This document shows, one piece after another, positions 24,572 to 33,679 of a stretch of 51,313 bases of DNA. Positions within the stretch are counted from its first letter, which is position 1, and each line of letters starts with the position of its first letter. Made by a program: the position numbers and the translations under genes. The notes below the pieces were generated by a model. The model did not search any database, was not told the DNA's origin, and saw only the letters and a list, made by a program, of their open reading frames with translations. Source of the stretch: Candidatus Kapaibacterium sp. Lineage in GTDB: Bacteria; Bacteroidota; Ignavibacteria; Kapaibacteriales; UBA4661. Location of the stretch: the NCBI GenBank assembly GCA_025363605.1, contig JANYDO010000133.1:1-51313 (forward strand), written 5' to 3'.

Positions 24572-25912
24572 ATGGGCGCAATGATGCAAGCCTTCTATTG
24601 GGATTGCCCAAAACTTGAAAATAAAGAACATCAGTGGTGGAATTTTGTCAAGGAGAATATCCCGTCGCTGCGGAAACTTGGTTTTACGGCACTTTGGCTG
24701 CCACCAGTCAGTAAGGCGGGAAATGTCGGTGGTCAGTCTATGGGCTATGACCCTTATGATTACTACGATTTGGGCGAGTACGACCAAAAAGGTGGCATTC
24801 CAACATGGTTTGGCACAAAAAAAGACCTTGTGGCGCTCATCCAAACAGCGCACGATAACGATATGCAAGTATATGCCGATCTCGTGCTGAATCACAACAA
24901 TGGCGCAGATGAAGAGGAAGTAAATCCTATTACGGAACAAAAAAACTGGACGAAATTTGAGCCCAAAAGTGGGAAATTTCCGCGTGATTGGGAAGCGTTT
25001 CACCCCTCTACATTCCGCTCCCACGACGAAGACCCTTTTGGTGGAATGCCGGATTTGTGCCACTACAATCCCTACGTTTATGGAGAAATCTTGAAGTTTG
25101 CACAATTCCTCATTGAAGATATAGGTTTTGACGGCTTCCGTTATGATTTTGTGAAAGGCTTTGGCGTGTGGCTCATTGATGCGATTCAAGGCATTCGCTA
25201 CATGAAAAACGGCGAAATATATAAGCCCTTTGGTGTGGGAGAGTGCTGGGATAGCAAGACCGTCATTGATGATTGGCTGAACCGCGTTAATGCTACCTCG
25301 GACAATCCTGTCCGCGCTTTTGATTTCCCCCTACGCGGACGCTTGAAAGATATGTGCGACACGCCCGGCTGGTCGCTGCGGAATCTGCCGCATCCGGGAA
25401 CACTGCTCACAAGCCGTGCGGACGATGCCGTTACATTTGTTGAAAATCACGACATCGTGCGTGAGCACCCGATTGTCAATGATAAACTCATGGCGTATTC
25501 GTTTATTCTCACCCACGAAGGCTATCCCTGCGTCTTCTGGCAAGATTATTTCACGTGGAATCTCGCCAAAGAAGATACTCCAAACGGCATTGCAGCACTT
25601 GTGCAAGCACATCAAGAGCACGCCGGCGGAATGAGTTCGGTGATTTATCTCGATAATTCGCTCTATATCATGCAACGCAACGGCTGGGACGTGCGCAAAG
25701 GTTTGCTCTATGTCCTGAACAGCAAGCCCACCGAAGAAGGTTGGAACGGAGCGCGGGTGCAGACACGCTGGCGCAATACCTCGTTTAAGCCTATTGCATG
25801 GACGGAAAACGCCGATGGTGCGCCGAAAGTACAAGTCACTGACGGCAGTGGACGTGGTGAATTCTGGGCACCGCCTCGTGGTTATGCGGTTTATATTCCT
25901 GAAGAAGCATAA
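24572..25912 (+). CDS. alpha-amylase, GH13 (archaeal/plant-like short form), no signal peptide
   Basis: N-terminus MMQAFYWD. The conserved regions are DLVLNHN, GFRYDFVKG (nucleophile Asp), GECWD (acid/base Glu) and FVENHD. A GAGGAG Shine-Dalgarno sequence lies upstream. Confidence 0.85.
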   Translation: MGAMMQAFYWDCPKLENKEHQWWNFVKENIPSLRKLGFTALWLPPVSKAGNVGGQSMGYDPYDYYDLGEYDQKGGIPTWFGTKKDLVALIQTAHDNDMQVYADLVLNHNNGADEEEVNPITEQKNWTKFEPKSGKFPRDWEAFHPSTFRSHDEDPFGGMPDLCHYNPYVYGEILKFAQFLIEDIGFDGFRYDFVKGFGVWLIDAIQGIRYMKNGEIYKPFGVGECWDSKTVIDDWLNRVNATSDNPVRAFDFPLRGRLKDMCDTPGWSLRNLPHPGTLLTSRADDAVTFVENHDIVREHPIVNDKLMAYSFILTHEGYPCVFWQDYFTWNLAKEDTPNGIAALVQAHQEHAGGMSSVIYLDNSLYIMQRNGWDVRKGLLYVLNSKPTEEGWNGARVQTRWRNTSFKPIAWTENADGAPKVQVTDGSGRGEFWAPPRGYAVYIPEEA

Positions 25913-25951
25913 AATTTATTCTTGTTTCATTGGTATTAGTAAGGAAATAGT

Positions 25952-26362
25952 ATGAAAACTCTCAAAATGAATCACATAGCCGTTTGGCTTGTTGCTGTAT
26001 TGCAGCAGGGAATTGGAGCCGGTTGGTATGGTATTTTTGGTAATCGCTGGATGCAGTTAATAGCCAAGCAAGCTGCGGACTTCGACAAGCAGCCTGTTGT
26101 GCCGTATATTGTTTCGTTTGTCGGAGCCGTGATTTCTTGCTATGCTACGGCGTGGCTGTTTACGAAACTGAACATTGATAATGCCTTACACGGTGTTGCC
26201 GTAGCTGCTTTGCTCTGGCTGGGATTTACGTTTTTCCCGATTGTGCAGATTGACCTTTTTTCGCTTCGTTCTATCGAACTGAGTTTTATCAATGCAGGAA
26301 ATGTCTTTGCCGATGCGGTTCTCTGCGGTGCAATGCTTGGTGCATGGCGGAAATACGAATAA
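25952..26362 (+). CDS. small membrane protein, DUF1761-like
   Basis: 136 aa with four hydrophobic segments. The N-terminus HIAVWLVAVLQQGIGAGWYGIFGNRW resembles the DUF1761 pattern. Confidence 0.5.
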   Translation: MKTLKMNHIAVWLVAVLQQGIGAGWYGIFGNRWMQLIAKQAADFDKQPVVPYIVSFVGAVISCYATAWLFTKLNIDNALHGVAVAALLWLGFTFFPIVQIDLFSLRSIELSFINAGNVFADAVLCGAMLGAWRKYE

Positions 26363-26396
26363 TTCATATTCTCTTTGACGATTCTTTTGAGACTGC

Positions 26397-27632
26397 ATGA
26401 AATCGCATCCTATCAGTACGAACCTTGAATCACTGCTTGCCAGCGCCCAAAAGCAGGAACGCCGTATTATCGGGCTTATGAGCGGTACGTCGCTGGACGG
26501 TTTAGATATTGCTCTTTGCCGAATCTCCGGTGCAGGAAGCGATACCAAGGTCGTTGTGGAAAATTTTACCACCGTTCCATATTCCGATGAGGTAAAAAAT
26601 GCCATTCGGAGTGTCTTCGCCAAAGAGCAGGTAGATTTTCAGCACCTTACGCTTCTCAACGCTTGGATAGGACGCTTGCATGGGGAAATGGTGGCGCGAA
26701 GCCTCCGCGAATGGGGTATTGACCCCGACGAAGTAGATGCGGTCGCCTCGCACGGGCAAACAGTCCTGCACGCTCCCAAATCCCTGCATAAAAAATATGA
26801 TTTTCCCGAAGGCGGCTTTCCCAATGCGACGCTGCAAATTGGCGATGGCGACCATGTAGCCGTAGCCTCGGGTATTATTACGTTCAGTGATTTCCGGCAA
26901 AAGCACGTCGCTGCGGGCGGTGAAGGCGCTCCGCTTGCGGTCTATGGCGACTATTTTATGTTTTCGAGCGAAAGTGAAAATCGTATCATGCTCAATCTGG
27001 GCGGTATTGCAAACTTCACCTATCTGCCCAAAACGCTTGATGCGAGCGCTATTTTTACGACCGACACCGGTCCCGGCAATACAATGCTCGATGCCTACGC
27101 GCGGCGTATGTACGGCAAAGCCTTCGACGCGAATGGCTCTATTGCGCTTGCCGGGCGCTCCAGCGAACGACTTCTGAAAGCACTAAAAAATCACCCCTTT
27201 TTCGATGCACCTTTTCCCAAGACAACCGGACCGGAACTCTTCAACATGGCATATTTAGACGGTGTAGCTGCCGATCATCGTGTTTTTCTCAGTGCTATGC
27301 CTGCCGAAGATGTTATGGCTACACTGGTGCAATTCAGCGCTGAAACTGTCGCCGAAGCTATTGGACAAACGTTCGATTCCAAAGAACCGTATAGTGTCTA
27401 TTTAAGCGGCGGCGGTGTGCATAATCCCGCACTTGTGGCGGCACTTCGAGCATCACTGCCAAAGGCAGTCCGATTTGGTACAACCGATGACCTCGGTATC
27501 GCCGGCGATGCGAAAGAAGCAGTCCTTTTTGCTGTACTGGCGAATGAAACACTCTGCGGCGGGCGCACCAGTTTTGGCAATCGGCAGGGCGTTCCCACTG
27601 TTTCAATGGGCAAAATCTCTTTTCCTGAGTAA
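26397..27632 (+). CDS. anmK: anhydro-N-acetylmuramic acid kinase
   Basis: Hallmark IGLMSGTSLDGLDIALC near the N-terminus, an ASKHA-fold-like GGGVHNPAL motif, and a 411-aa length. Confidence 0.85.
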   Translation: MKSHPISTNLESLLASAQKQERRIIGLMSGTSLDGLDIALCRISGAGSDTKVVVENFTTVPYSDEVKNAIRSVFAKEQVDFQHLTLLNAWIGRLHGEMVARSLREWGIDPDEVDAVASHGQTVLHAPKSLHKKYDFPEGGFPNATLQIGDGDHVAVASGIITFSDFRQKHVAAGGEGAPLAVYGDYFMFSSESENRIMLNLGGIANFTYLPKTLDASAIFTTDTGPGNTMLDAYARRMYGKAFDANGSIALAGRSSERLLKALKNHPFFDAPFPKTTGPELFNMAYLDGVAADHRVFLSAMPAEDVMATLVQFSAETVAEAIGQTFDSKEPYSVYLSGGGVHNPALVAALRASLPKAVRFGTTDDLGIAGDAKEAVLFAVLANETLCGGRTSFGNRQGVPTVSMGKISFPE

Positions 27633-27644
27633 CTGAAATTCGAT

Positions 27645-29780
27645 ATGTACATTTTCCAACGTCTGCTGCTGCTTTCTTTTGGAGCTTGTTTGCTCTTGAC
27701 AAGCACACTCTGGTCTGCTACTGACTCCACTGCCACCCAAACTCCACCCGACGAGCGCATGGACGCACGCCTCGGAGTTTTTCTGGGCGGCAATCTCAAT
27801 CGCCCGCGTGTGAATTTTTATGAAATTCCGGGATTAGGAGGCAACCTAACACCATATTACGAAGGTAGTGGTTTCGGAGGCTATGGCGGTTTAATTGGTG
27901 AATTGCCGATATTTCCTTGGCTCCATCTGGACGCGCGGGCAAGTGTCGTACAGCACAATGTTTCACTTCTCTCGGTGCCGGAATCATGGGCGGTTGGTTC
28001 AAATGATGGCAATTCGGACATTGGAAAATTTCAGCGTGTGCTTGATGCGCAGCTTGCCACAGCAGGGTTACAGCTTTTTCTGGGTATTAGTCCTGTGCAG
28101 AATTTGAACATTTTTCTGGGGGCACGAGGCGACCTTTTCTTTTTGAAACGCTATGACCAAATCGAAAAATTGTTGGAACCAAGCTACGGTCGTTTTGATG
28201 ACGGTCTCAAATCGGGCAATTATCGCACTCGTAATCCTCAAGGTGGTGTTCTACCAAGCGTTCGAGCATGGGGAGTAGCAAATCTGAGCATAGCACTCAT
28301 GGGCGGCATCGGCTACGAACTGCCCGTCAATGCAGCACAATCGCTGACGATTGCGCCGGAATTTTTCTACTCCCGTGGGCTGACCAACGTTATTTCTGCG
28401 CAGGATGTTACAGGACGTGATATCGTCTGGCAACTCGACAACATTCACGCAAGCGTTGCCTTTCGCTGGTATCCTGCCCGCGCAACCCGCTTCAATGCTG
28501 AGGCATATCAGTTAAAAAAACTTCAAACTCTCGAAAAAGAAATTGCGCAAGAGCGTAGAAAAATTCAAAGTGATTTGCGGGAACTGCGTTCATCGGGTTT
28601 GTCGGTGCGGTTGACAGATGTGAAAGGCATTTTGGCGGATGGCAAGCAAGAAATTGCGAATCCTACTGTTCGTGTCGAAGAATTTCGAGCCACAAAACAG
28701 CATCAATTGTTGCCGTATATCTTTTTCAATGAAAATTCCTCTGTCATCCCCGGACGTTATCGGCGCTTGACGGCAAATGAGCGCATCAACTTCCGATTAG
28801 ACCCATTAGAAAAAGCAAAGCCGGTCGAAGTCTATTATACACTGCTCAATATCGTTGGGAAGCGCATGGAGACCAATCCTGCCGCCGTATTATTCGTAAC
28901 GGGCTGCAACAGCAATTTCGGCGCGGAGCAAGGAAATCAGCGCCTTTCCGAGCAACGCGCACAGGCGGTGAGTGATTATTTGCAGGATGTCTGGAAAATT
29001 CAAGCAAAGCGCATCATCGTTCAAAAGCGTGAGTTGCCGGAAAAGCCTTCCGTTGCTGCACAAAACCTAAGCGCAGAGGAAGCATTGGCAGAGAATCGCC
29101 GCGTAGAACTTAGTTCTACGACACCTGAAATTCTCGCACCCGTCAGTTTCGAGACCGTCCAGCTTGCCGTAAACCCGCCCACACTGCGTCTGGGACTCAA
29201 TATTCTCGCCGGACCGGGCTTGAAGCAATGGTCGCTCGAAATCTCAACGTTTGAAGGACGCGAAGATCGTGTATTGCACGCTTTTACAGGCGGAAACACG
29301 TATCCTGAGCAGTACACGTGGAATATTGATGCAGACCAACGAAATATCCCGACTTCGCCCGGTAGCATGGATATTCACCTCAGTATCACCGATGTAGATA
29401 ACCGTGATGCAGAATCGCCTATTATCTCGGTGCCTGTCGAAGTGATAAAATATGCCGATAAGAAGCGCACTAAAGCCCCTGACAAGCGCATTATCATTTA
29501 CACCATCGGATTTTTTGATACTGATTCGCAGGCTGAAACAGTTCTGCAAAGCATCAAATCTCGCCTCACTCCGCAAGCAACCGTTGCGCTTGATTCCTAT
29601 TCCGGTGCGGCGCGTTTACAAGCATTTCAGCAAAAACTCGGTGCGCCCAATGACCGCGCCAGAGTCTCCAAAGACGTACAGGATAGAATTCTGAGTCTTC
29701 TCAAAAGTGATCCGACGTTACCGGAAGGGCGCTTCTATAATCGCTCAATCAGGGTGGAAGTACAGGAAGCAGTCCAGTAA
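27645..29780 (+). CDS. OmpA-family outer-membrane protein: N-terminal beta-barrel + coiled coil + tandem OmpA_C-like module
   Basis: Signal peptide and a barrel-like N-terminal 270 aa, then coiled coil KKLQTLEKEIAQERRKIQSDLRELR. OmpA-like domain 1 has RLSEQRAQAVSDYL...AENRRVELS, followed by a degenerate second domain ending LPEGRFYNRSIRVEV. It starts 12 nt after anmK. Confidence 0.8.
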   Translation: MYIFQRLLLLSFGACLLLTSTLWSATDSTATQTPPDERMDARLGVFLGGNLNRPRVNFYEIPGLGGNLTPYYEGSGFGGYGGLIGELPIFPWLHLDARASVVQHNVSLLSVPESWAVGSNDGNSDIGKFQRVLDAQLATAGLQLFLGISPVQNLNIFLGARGDLFFLKRYDQIEKLLEPSYGRFDDGLKSGNYRTRNPQGGVLPSVRAWGVANLSIALMGGIGYELPVNAAQSLTIAPEFFYSRGLTNVISAQDVTGRDIVWQLDNIHASVAFRWYPARATRFNAEAYQLKKLQTLEKEIAQERRKIQSDLRELRSSGLSVRLTDVKGILADGKQEIANPTVRVEEFRATKQHQLLPYIFFNENSSVIPGRYRRLTANERINFRLDPLEKAKPVEVYYTLLNIVGKRMETNPAAVLFVTGCNSNFGAEQGNQRLSEQRAQAVSDYLQDVWKIQAKRIIVQKRELPEKPSVAAQNLSAEEALAENRRVELSSTTPEILAPVSFETVQLAVNPPTLRLGLNILAGPGLKQWSLEISTFEGREDRVLHAFTGGNTYPEQYTWNIDADQRNIPTSPGSMDIHLSITDVDNRDAESPIISVPVEVIKYADKKRTKAPDKRIIIYTIGFFDTDSQAETVLQSIKSRLTPQATVALDSYSGAARLQAFQQKLGAPNDRARVSKDVQDRILSLLKSDPTLPEGRFYNRSIRVEVQEAVQ

Positions 29781-29885
29781 AAGCATCCGCAGAATTTTTG
29801 TCGTGCGGAACAGACTGCGTGAATCGTTCGCTTTGCTCATTTGTCTAACCGAATGAACATTTACCAATAACTTCGGAGAATCACG

Positions 29886-31169
29886 ATGAACCGACGAACA
29901 TTCCTGAAATCAAGCGGCATGGCGATAGTTGCCTTCGGTGCAAGCGGAACGCCACTTTTCCTGACTCGTGCTGCTGCCGCATCCACAACGAGTATGCTGA
30001 AGCGTAAGAAAATTCTCGTCACCATCTTCCAACGTGGTGCAATGGACGGGCTGATGGCGGTAACGCCTTTCACCGACCCAAATCTCGCGCAGGCGCGTCC
30101 ACGCCTAGCCATGCAAGCCGGAAAAACAAAAGGGCAGTTGATTGATTTGGATGGAAAATTTGCGCTGCACCCTTCACTAACGGCATTGGAGCGGCTCTAC
30201 CGTGAGCAGAGACTTGCTATCGTGCATGGCATGGGTTCGCCAAGCACAACGCGCTCACACTTCGATGCACAAGACTACATGGAGACTGGTACGCCAGACC
30301 GCAAAGGTACTGCTTCCGGCTGGCTCAATCGTGCAAGTAGCCTCATGCACAGCACCTCGTCCAAAGCTGAAACCACGCCCTTTAGCGCTGTTGCGATGAC
30401 TTCCGCTATGCCGCGCTCACTCTACGGCGACGCTCCGGCACTGGCTATCGCAAGGCTTGATGATTTCGGTGTGCGTGTGGGCGGTGGGAATAATGCAGCC
30501 GCAATGGCGCTTGCCAACACATCCAGCAAGGGGTTTGAATCGCTCTATGAACAGACTTCGCAGAAAATCTTACGCGGCACAGGGCAGGATAGTTTTGATG
30601 CAATAAAAATTCTTTCGGAAGCCAATCTGAAAAGCTACACGCCCGCCAAAGGTGTGACGTATCCTACTTCTCCGCTTGGCGACAGCATGAAACAAATAGC
30701 ACAGCTTATCAAGGCAAATGTCGGTTTGGAAATTGCTTTCGCAGAATCCGGCGGATGGGATACGCACGTGCAACAGGGCACTCTGAACGGCACATTCTCG
30801 CGCCGGGCTCAAGATTTGGCGGAATCTATCGAAGCCTTTTGGCACGACATTGAGCCGCACCAAGACGACGTTGTGCTGATGACGATGACGGAATTTGGAC
30901 GTACTGTCCGTGAAAACGGCTCCGGCGGCACTGACCACGGAAGAGCTTCCTGCCTCTTTGTGCTTGGTAATCAAATGGATGGCGGCAAGGTGCATGGTAA
31001 CGTGCCACTTCTTGTACCTGAAAATCTCGCCGATGGGCGCGACGTGCCGGTAACAACGGATTTTCGCTCTATTTTTGCCGAAGTTTCTGCGAAACATTTA
31101 GGCATCACAGACAGCACGAAACTCTTTCCGGGCTGGAATGGCGAGCGGCTTGCGCTTTTGAAAGGGTAG
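29886..31169 (+). CDS. DUF1501-family (sulfatase-fold-like) protein with a twin-arginine signal
   Basis: Tat motif MNRRTFLKSSGMAIVAFGA. The body contains GWDTH and TEFGRT...GTDHG motifs that I associate with DUF1501. Confidence 0.65.
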   Translation: MNRRTFLKSSGMAIVAFGASGTPLFLTRAAAASTTSMLKRKKILVTIFQRGAMDGLMAVTPFTDPNLAQARPRLAMQAGKTKGQLIDLDGKFALHPSLTALERLYREQRLAIVHGMGSPSTTRSHFDAQDYMETGTPDRKGTASGWLNRASSLMHSTSSKAETTPFSAVAMTSAMPRSLYGDAPALAIARLDDFGVRVGGGNNAAAMALANTSSKGFESLYEQTSQKILRGTGQDSFDAIKILSEANLKSYTPAKGVTYPTSPLGDSMKQIAQLIKANVGLEIAFAESGGWDTHVQQGTLNGTFSRRAQDLAESIEAFWHDIEPHQDDVVLMTMTEFGRTVRENGSGGTDHGRASCLFVLGNQMDGGKVHGNVPLLVPENLADGRDVPVTTDFRSIFAEVSAKHLGITDSTKLFPGWNGERLALLKG

Positions 31170-31365
31170 AACTGTTCTATCAGGGTACTTGCGCAGAATC
31201 CTTCAAGCGGGACAGCCCATCGGGGCAGCGTATTCTAACCATCGTGAATGTCAGTATTTGTCTTTTCTTCCGGCTATCTGCAACGAGAATGTTCATTTTC
31301 ATTTGTCATGGCGCAAGGGATGTGCGATATTTGTAGCACACTTTTCCTTCATCAATCAAGCGACC

Positions 31366-32100
31366 ATGCACTTTCCTCATCTCAAAGCGATTGTCTTCGA
31401 CCTCGACAACACCTTGCTTGACCATACTGCCGCCGAGCGCAAAGCAATCAGCAAATTTCTTCCCACCTATTTTGACGAACCGGGTATAGGTACGATATTC
31501 AGAGAAACGCCCGAACGTTTTATTACCGCCTACCGCCATTGGAATGAGGTTCTCTGGCATGATCTTGCTATGGAACGTATTAGTGCTGACAACCTCAAGT
31601 GGCAGCGTTTTGCCCTGCCCTTGCGTGAACTTGTTCCAAGTTTTACGGAACAAGATGCGGAAAGGCTTGGGCAAAACATGGGTGCGACCTATTTGAGTCT
31701 TTATGCCGACGGCTGGCAACTTCTTCCCGATGCGGATGAAATCTTACACGCACTCGGAAAACGTTTTCGTTTGGGTCTCATCACGAATGGCTTTAGCGAG
31801 CAGCAGCGTGGTAAAATCGCCCGCTTCGGCTGGGAGGAGCGCTTTGAGGCGGCAATACTTTCCGGCGAGCTTGGCGTAATGAAGCCGCATAAAGCTATTT
31901 TTGACCATGCCTTGAAGGAACTTGGCGTATATGCGCACGAAGCCGTCTATGTAGGCGACCACTACGAAACCGATGTGGTGGGCGCATTGGGAGCAGGGTG
32001 GCACGCAATCTGGTTTAATCCTCACCAAACTCCTCGTTCTGAAAACCGTGCTGACCGGACAATTTTCGCACTGAGCGAACTTTTGCAAATAAATGCGTAA
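31366..32100 (+). CDS. HAD-superfamily hydrolase, subfamily IA
   Basis: Motif I AIVFDLDNTLLDH, motif II LITNG and motif IV YVGDHYETDVVGA. The ATG at 31366 is preferred over the ORF-track start at 31189. Confidence 0.75.
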   Translation: MHFPHLKAIVFDLDNTLLDHTAAERKAISKFLPTYFDEPGIGTIFRETPERFITAYRHWNEVLWHDLAMERISADNLKWQRFALPLRELVPSFTEQDAERLGQNMGATYLSLYADGWQLLPDADEILHALGKRFRLGLITNGFSEQQRGKIARFGWEERFEAAILSGELGVMKPHKAIFDHALKELGVYAHEAVYVGDHYETDVVGALGAGWHAIWFNPHQTPRSENRADRTIFALSELLQINA

Positions 32101-32119
32101 AAATTCATAGATTTGCAGC

Positions 32120-32536
32120 ATGAAAACCCGCATTCGACTCTTCATTCCTCTTCTTCTTGCTGGCTCAATCATAGCGTCACTGCTAGGAATATGGGCGTGT
32201 GGACGAACTATTACCGATCCGGCGGAGATTGTCATACCTGCGTCGAACGTCAGCTTCGAGCGTCATTTGCTGCCTGTCTTCAATCTCACCTGTAATAGCG
32301 CGGGATGTCACAGCACCGAGTCAAGAGCAGGCGGTGTGGCGCTCACGTCATACTTCGAGGTTGTCTTTAATGCACCGGGGCTTGTGGTGGCAAAAAATCC
32401 TGACCGAAGCGTCCTCATGCGGGTCATAGACTTCAATTCCGCAACGCGCATATCGCACCGTCAGACCTTCCAAACCCGTATCACCCAAAATCACATAGAC
32501 GGTGTTCGCACGTGGATACGTGAGGGGGCACAGTAA
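32120..32536 (+). CDS. small lipoprotein with a PSCyt1-like (planctomycete-type cytochrome c) domain and a C-x4-CH motif
   Basis: Lipobox-like LLGIWAC. HLLPVFNLTCNSAGCHS...GGVALTS...VVAKNPDRSVLMRVI...IDGVRTWIREGAQ parallels the PSCyt1 pattern I.PIL...C..CH...GGL.L...VVPG.P..S.L...I..WI..GA. Confidence 0.45.
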   Translation: MKTRIRLFIPLLLAGSIIASLLGIWACGRTITDPAEIVIPASNVSFERHLLPVFNLTCNSAGCHSTESRAGGVALTSYFEVVFNAPGLVVAKNPDRSVLMRVIDFNSATRISHRQTFQTRITQNHIDGVRTWIREGAQ

Positions 32537-32613
32537 GAACGTTGAGGAAAGTTACGTGTCCAAAGGACTTTCTACCTACGATTTTGTTTACGTTCACTTT
32601 TTATGAATCTTCA

Positions 32614-33411
32614 ATGCACTTTATTCTAACCTGTTTATTTGCCGCTATTGTCACGACCTTGATTTCTGCTGCGCAAATGCGCGATACCGCCGCCATACCG
32701 CCAGTTCATGCGCCCACGCAACCGCGCGTCTGGCTCACGGTGGAGGTATTAGAAAAGAAACCGTCATTGGGCAACAAATCTTCTGCATTCAATGAATTTA
32801 TTCCTGTGGTGATTGTGGATAGTGCTACGAATGCCTATCTCTATGCACTATCGGGCGAGATGGTGGAGATTGGCAAACAGCGAACATACTTTGTGAGTGT
32901 AGTCTCAGGTGAAGATAAATCTTTTTTGATTGAAGGCTCGCCTGTACAGGTCGTGCGGACAGGTGAACCACAAAAAGACGACCTTATTTATCAGCGAGAA
33001 TTTGTCATTCGTGCTTCCATGCCGGCAGATACCGCTGCCGCTATTCCGGAGAATATTGTTGCCGAAGCTCCCTTGCCCAAACCGCTCTTGAAACCTAATG
33101 CCGCGACCATTTCCTATAAAGCTGATGCACAGCGCCCTTGCCCCTACATTATCCAATTTTGTGCACTCTCGCTAGAAAAAGATGCGCTGCAAATACGGGA
33201 TGCTTTGCGCAAAGCAGCTACCAACGACCAGCGGCTTGCGGATGCTCGTGTGGAACCTTTCTTTGAGAAGATCCGCAACATACAATATCAACGGGTTCGC
33301 GCAGGCTGTTTTGCGACGATTACCGAAGCAAAACAGGCAATGGATACATTTGCTAAAACGGCGCAACGCTTGAAACTTGGTGTCGTGCCGATTGTTGTCA
33401 AAAATGAATAA
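32614..33411 (+). CDS. SPOR-domain (septal peptidoglycan-binding) protein
   Basis: N-terminal TM/signal segment MHFILTCLFAAIVTTLISAAQ. C-terminal YIIQFCALSLEKDALQIRDAL...YQRVRAGCFATITEAKQAM matches the SPOR Y.VQ.GAF....A...YRV..G.F pattern. Confidence 0.55.
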   Translation: MHFILTCLFAAIVTTLISAAQMRDTAAIPPVHAPTQPRVWLTVEVLEKKPSLGNKSSAFNEFIPVVIVDSATNAYLYALSGEMVEIGKQRTYFVSVVSGEDKSFLIEGSPVQVVRTGEPQKDDLIYQREFVIRASMPADTAAAIPENIVAEAPLPKPLLKPNAATISYKADAQRPCPYIIQFCALSLEKDALQIRDALRKAATNDQRLADARVEPFFEKIRNIQYQRVRAGCFATITEAKQAMDTFAKTAQRLKLGVVPIVVKNE

Positions 33412-33433
33412 AGAATAGCGTATTTCTTTATTC
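33406..33433 (+). terminator. AT-rich perfect 10-bp hairpin overlapping the SPOR gene stop codon
   Basis: GAATAAAGAA (33406-33415) pairs with TTCTTTATTC (33424-33433) around an 8-nt loop. The trailing T-tract is weak. Confidence 0.3.
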
Positions 33434-33679
33434 TCTCTATTGAGCATTCAGGTTCTCCTTTGTTTCCGCCAGTCCGATATGCAGACTTCCTGAACCCAAG
33501 CACTGCTTAAGAAAAAAATGTATCTGACGCATCAGCAAAAAAGTTATCTGCAACAGAATGATGAAATCGCCGAAGGAAATCACCCAAACTTTTCCTAATT
33601 TTACTGCTTCATGTTTGTGGCAGTATCGCGCCCTTAACACATACTGCCCACCTTTCTTCCACTATGGACGGCACACATA

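Noticed and set aside
24284-25189. 301-aa minus-strand ORF
   Set aside because: It lies antisense to the alpha-amylase gene, whose four GH13 catalytic motifs are intact. Its translation is low-complexity (R/K/F/I-rich) with no motifs. It is a shadow ORF.
33437-33640. 67-aa minus-strand ORF in the SPOR/recN intergenic gap
   Set aside because: It has one hydrophobic stretch but no Shine-Dalgarno sequence, no homologous pattern that I recognise, and it overlaps the likely recN promoter region. There is insufficient evidence to call it a gene.
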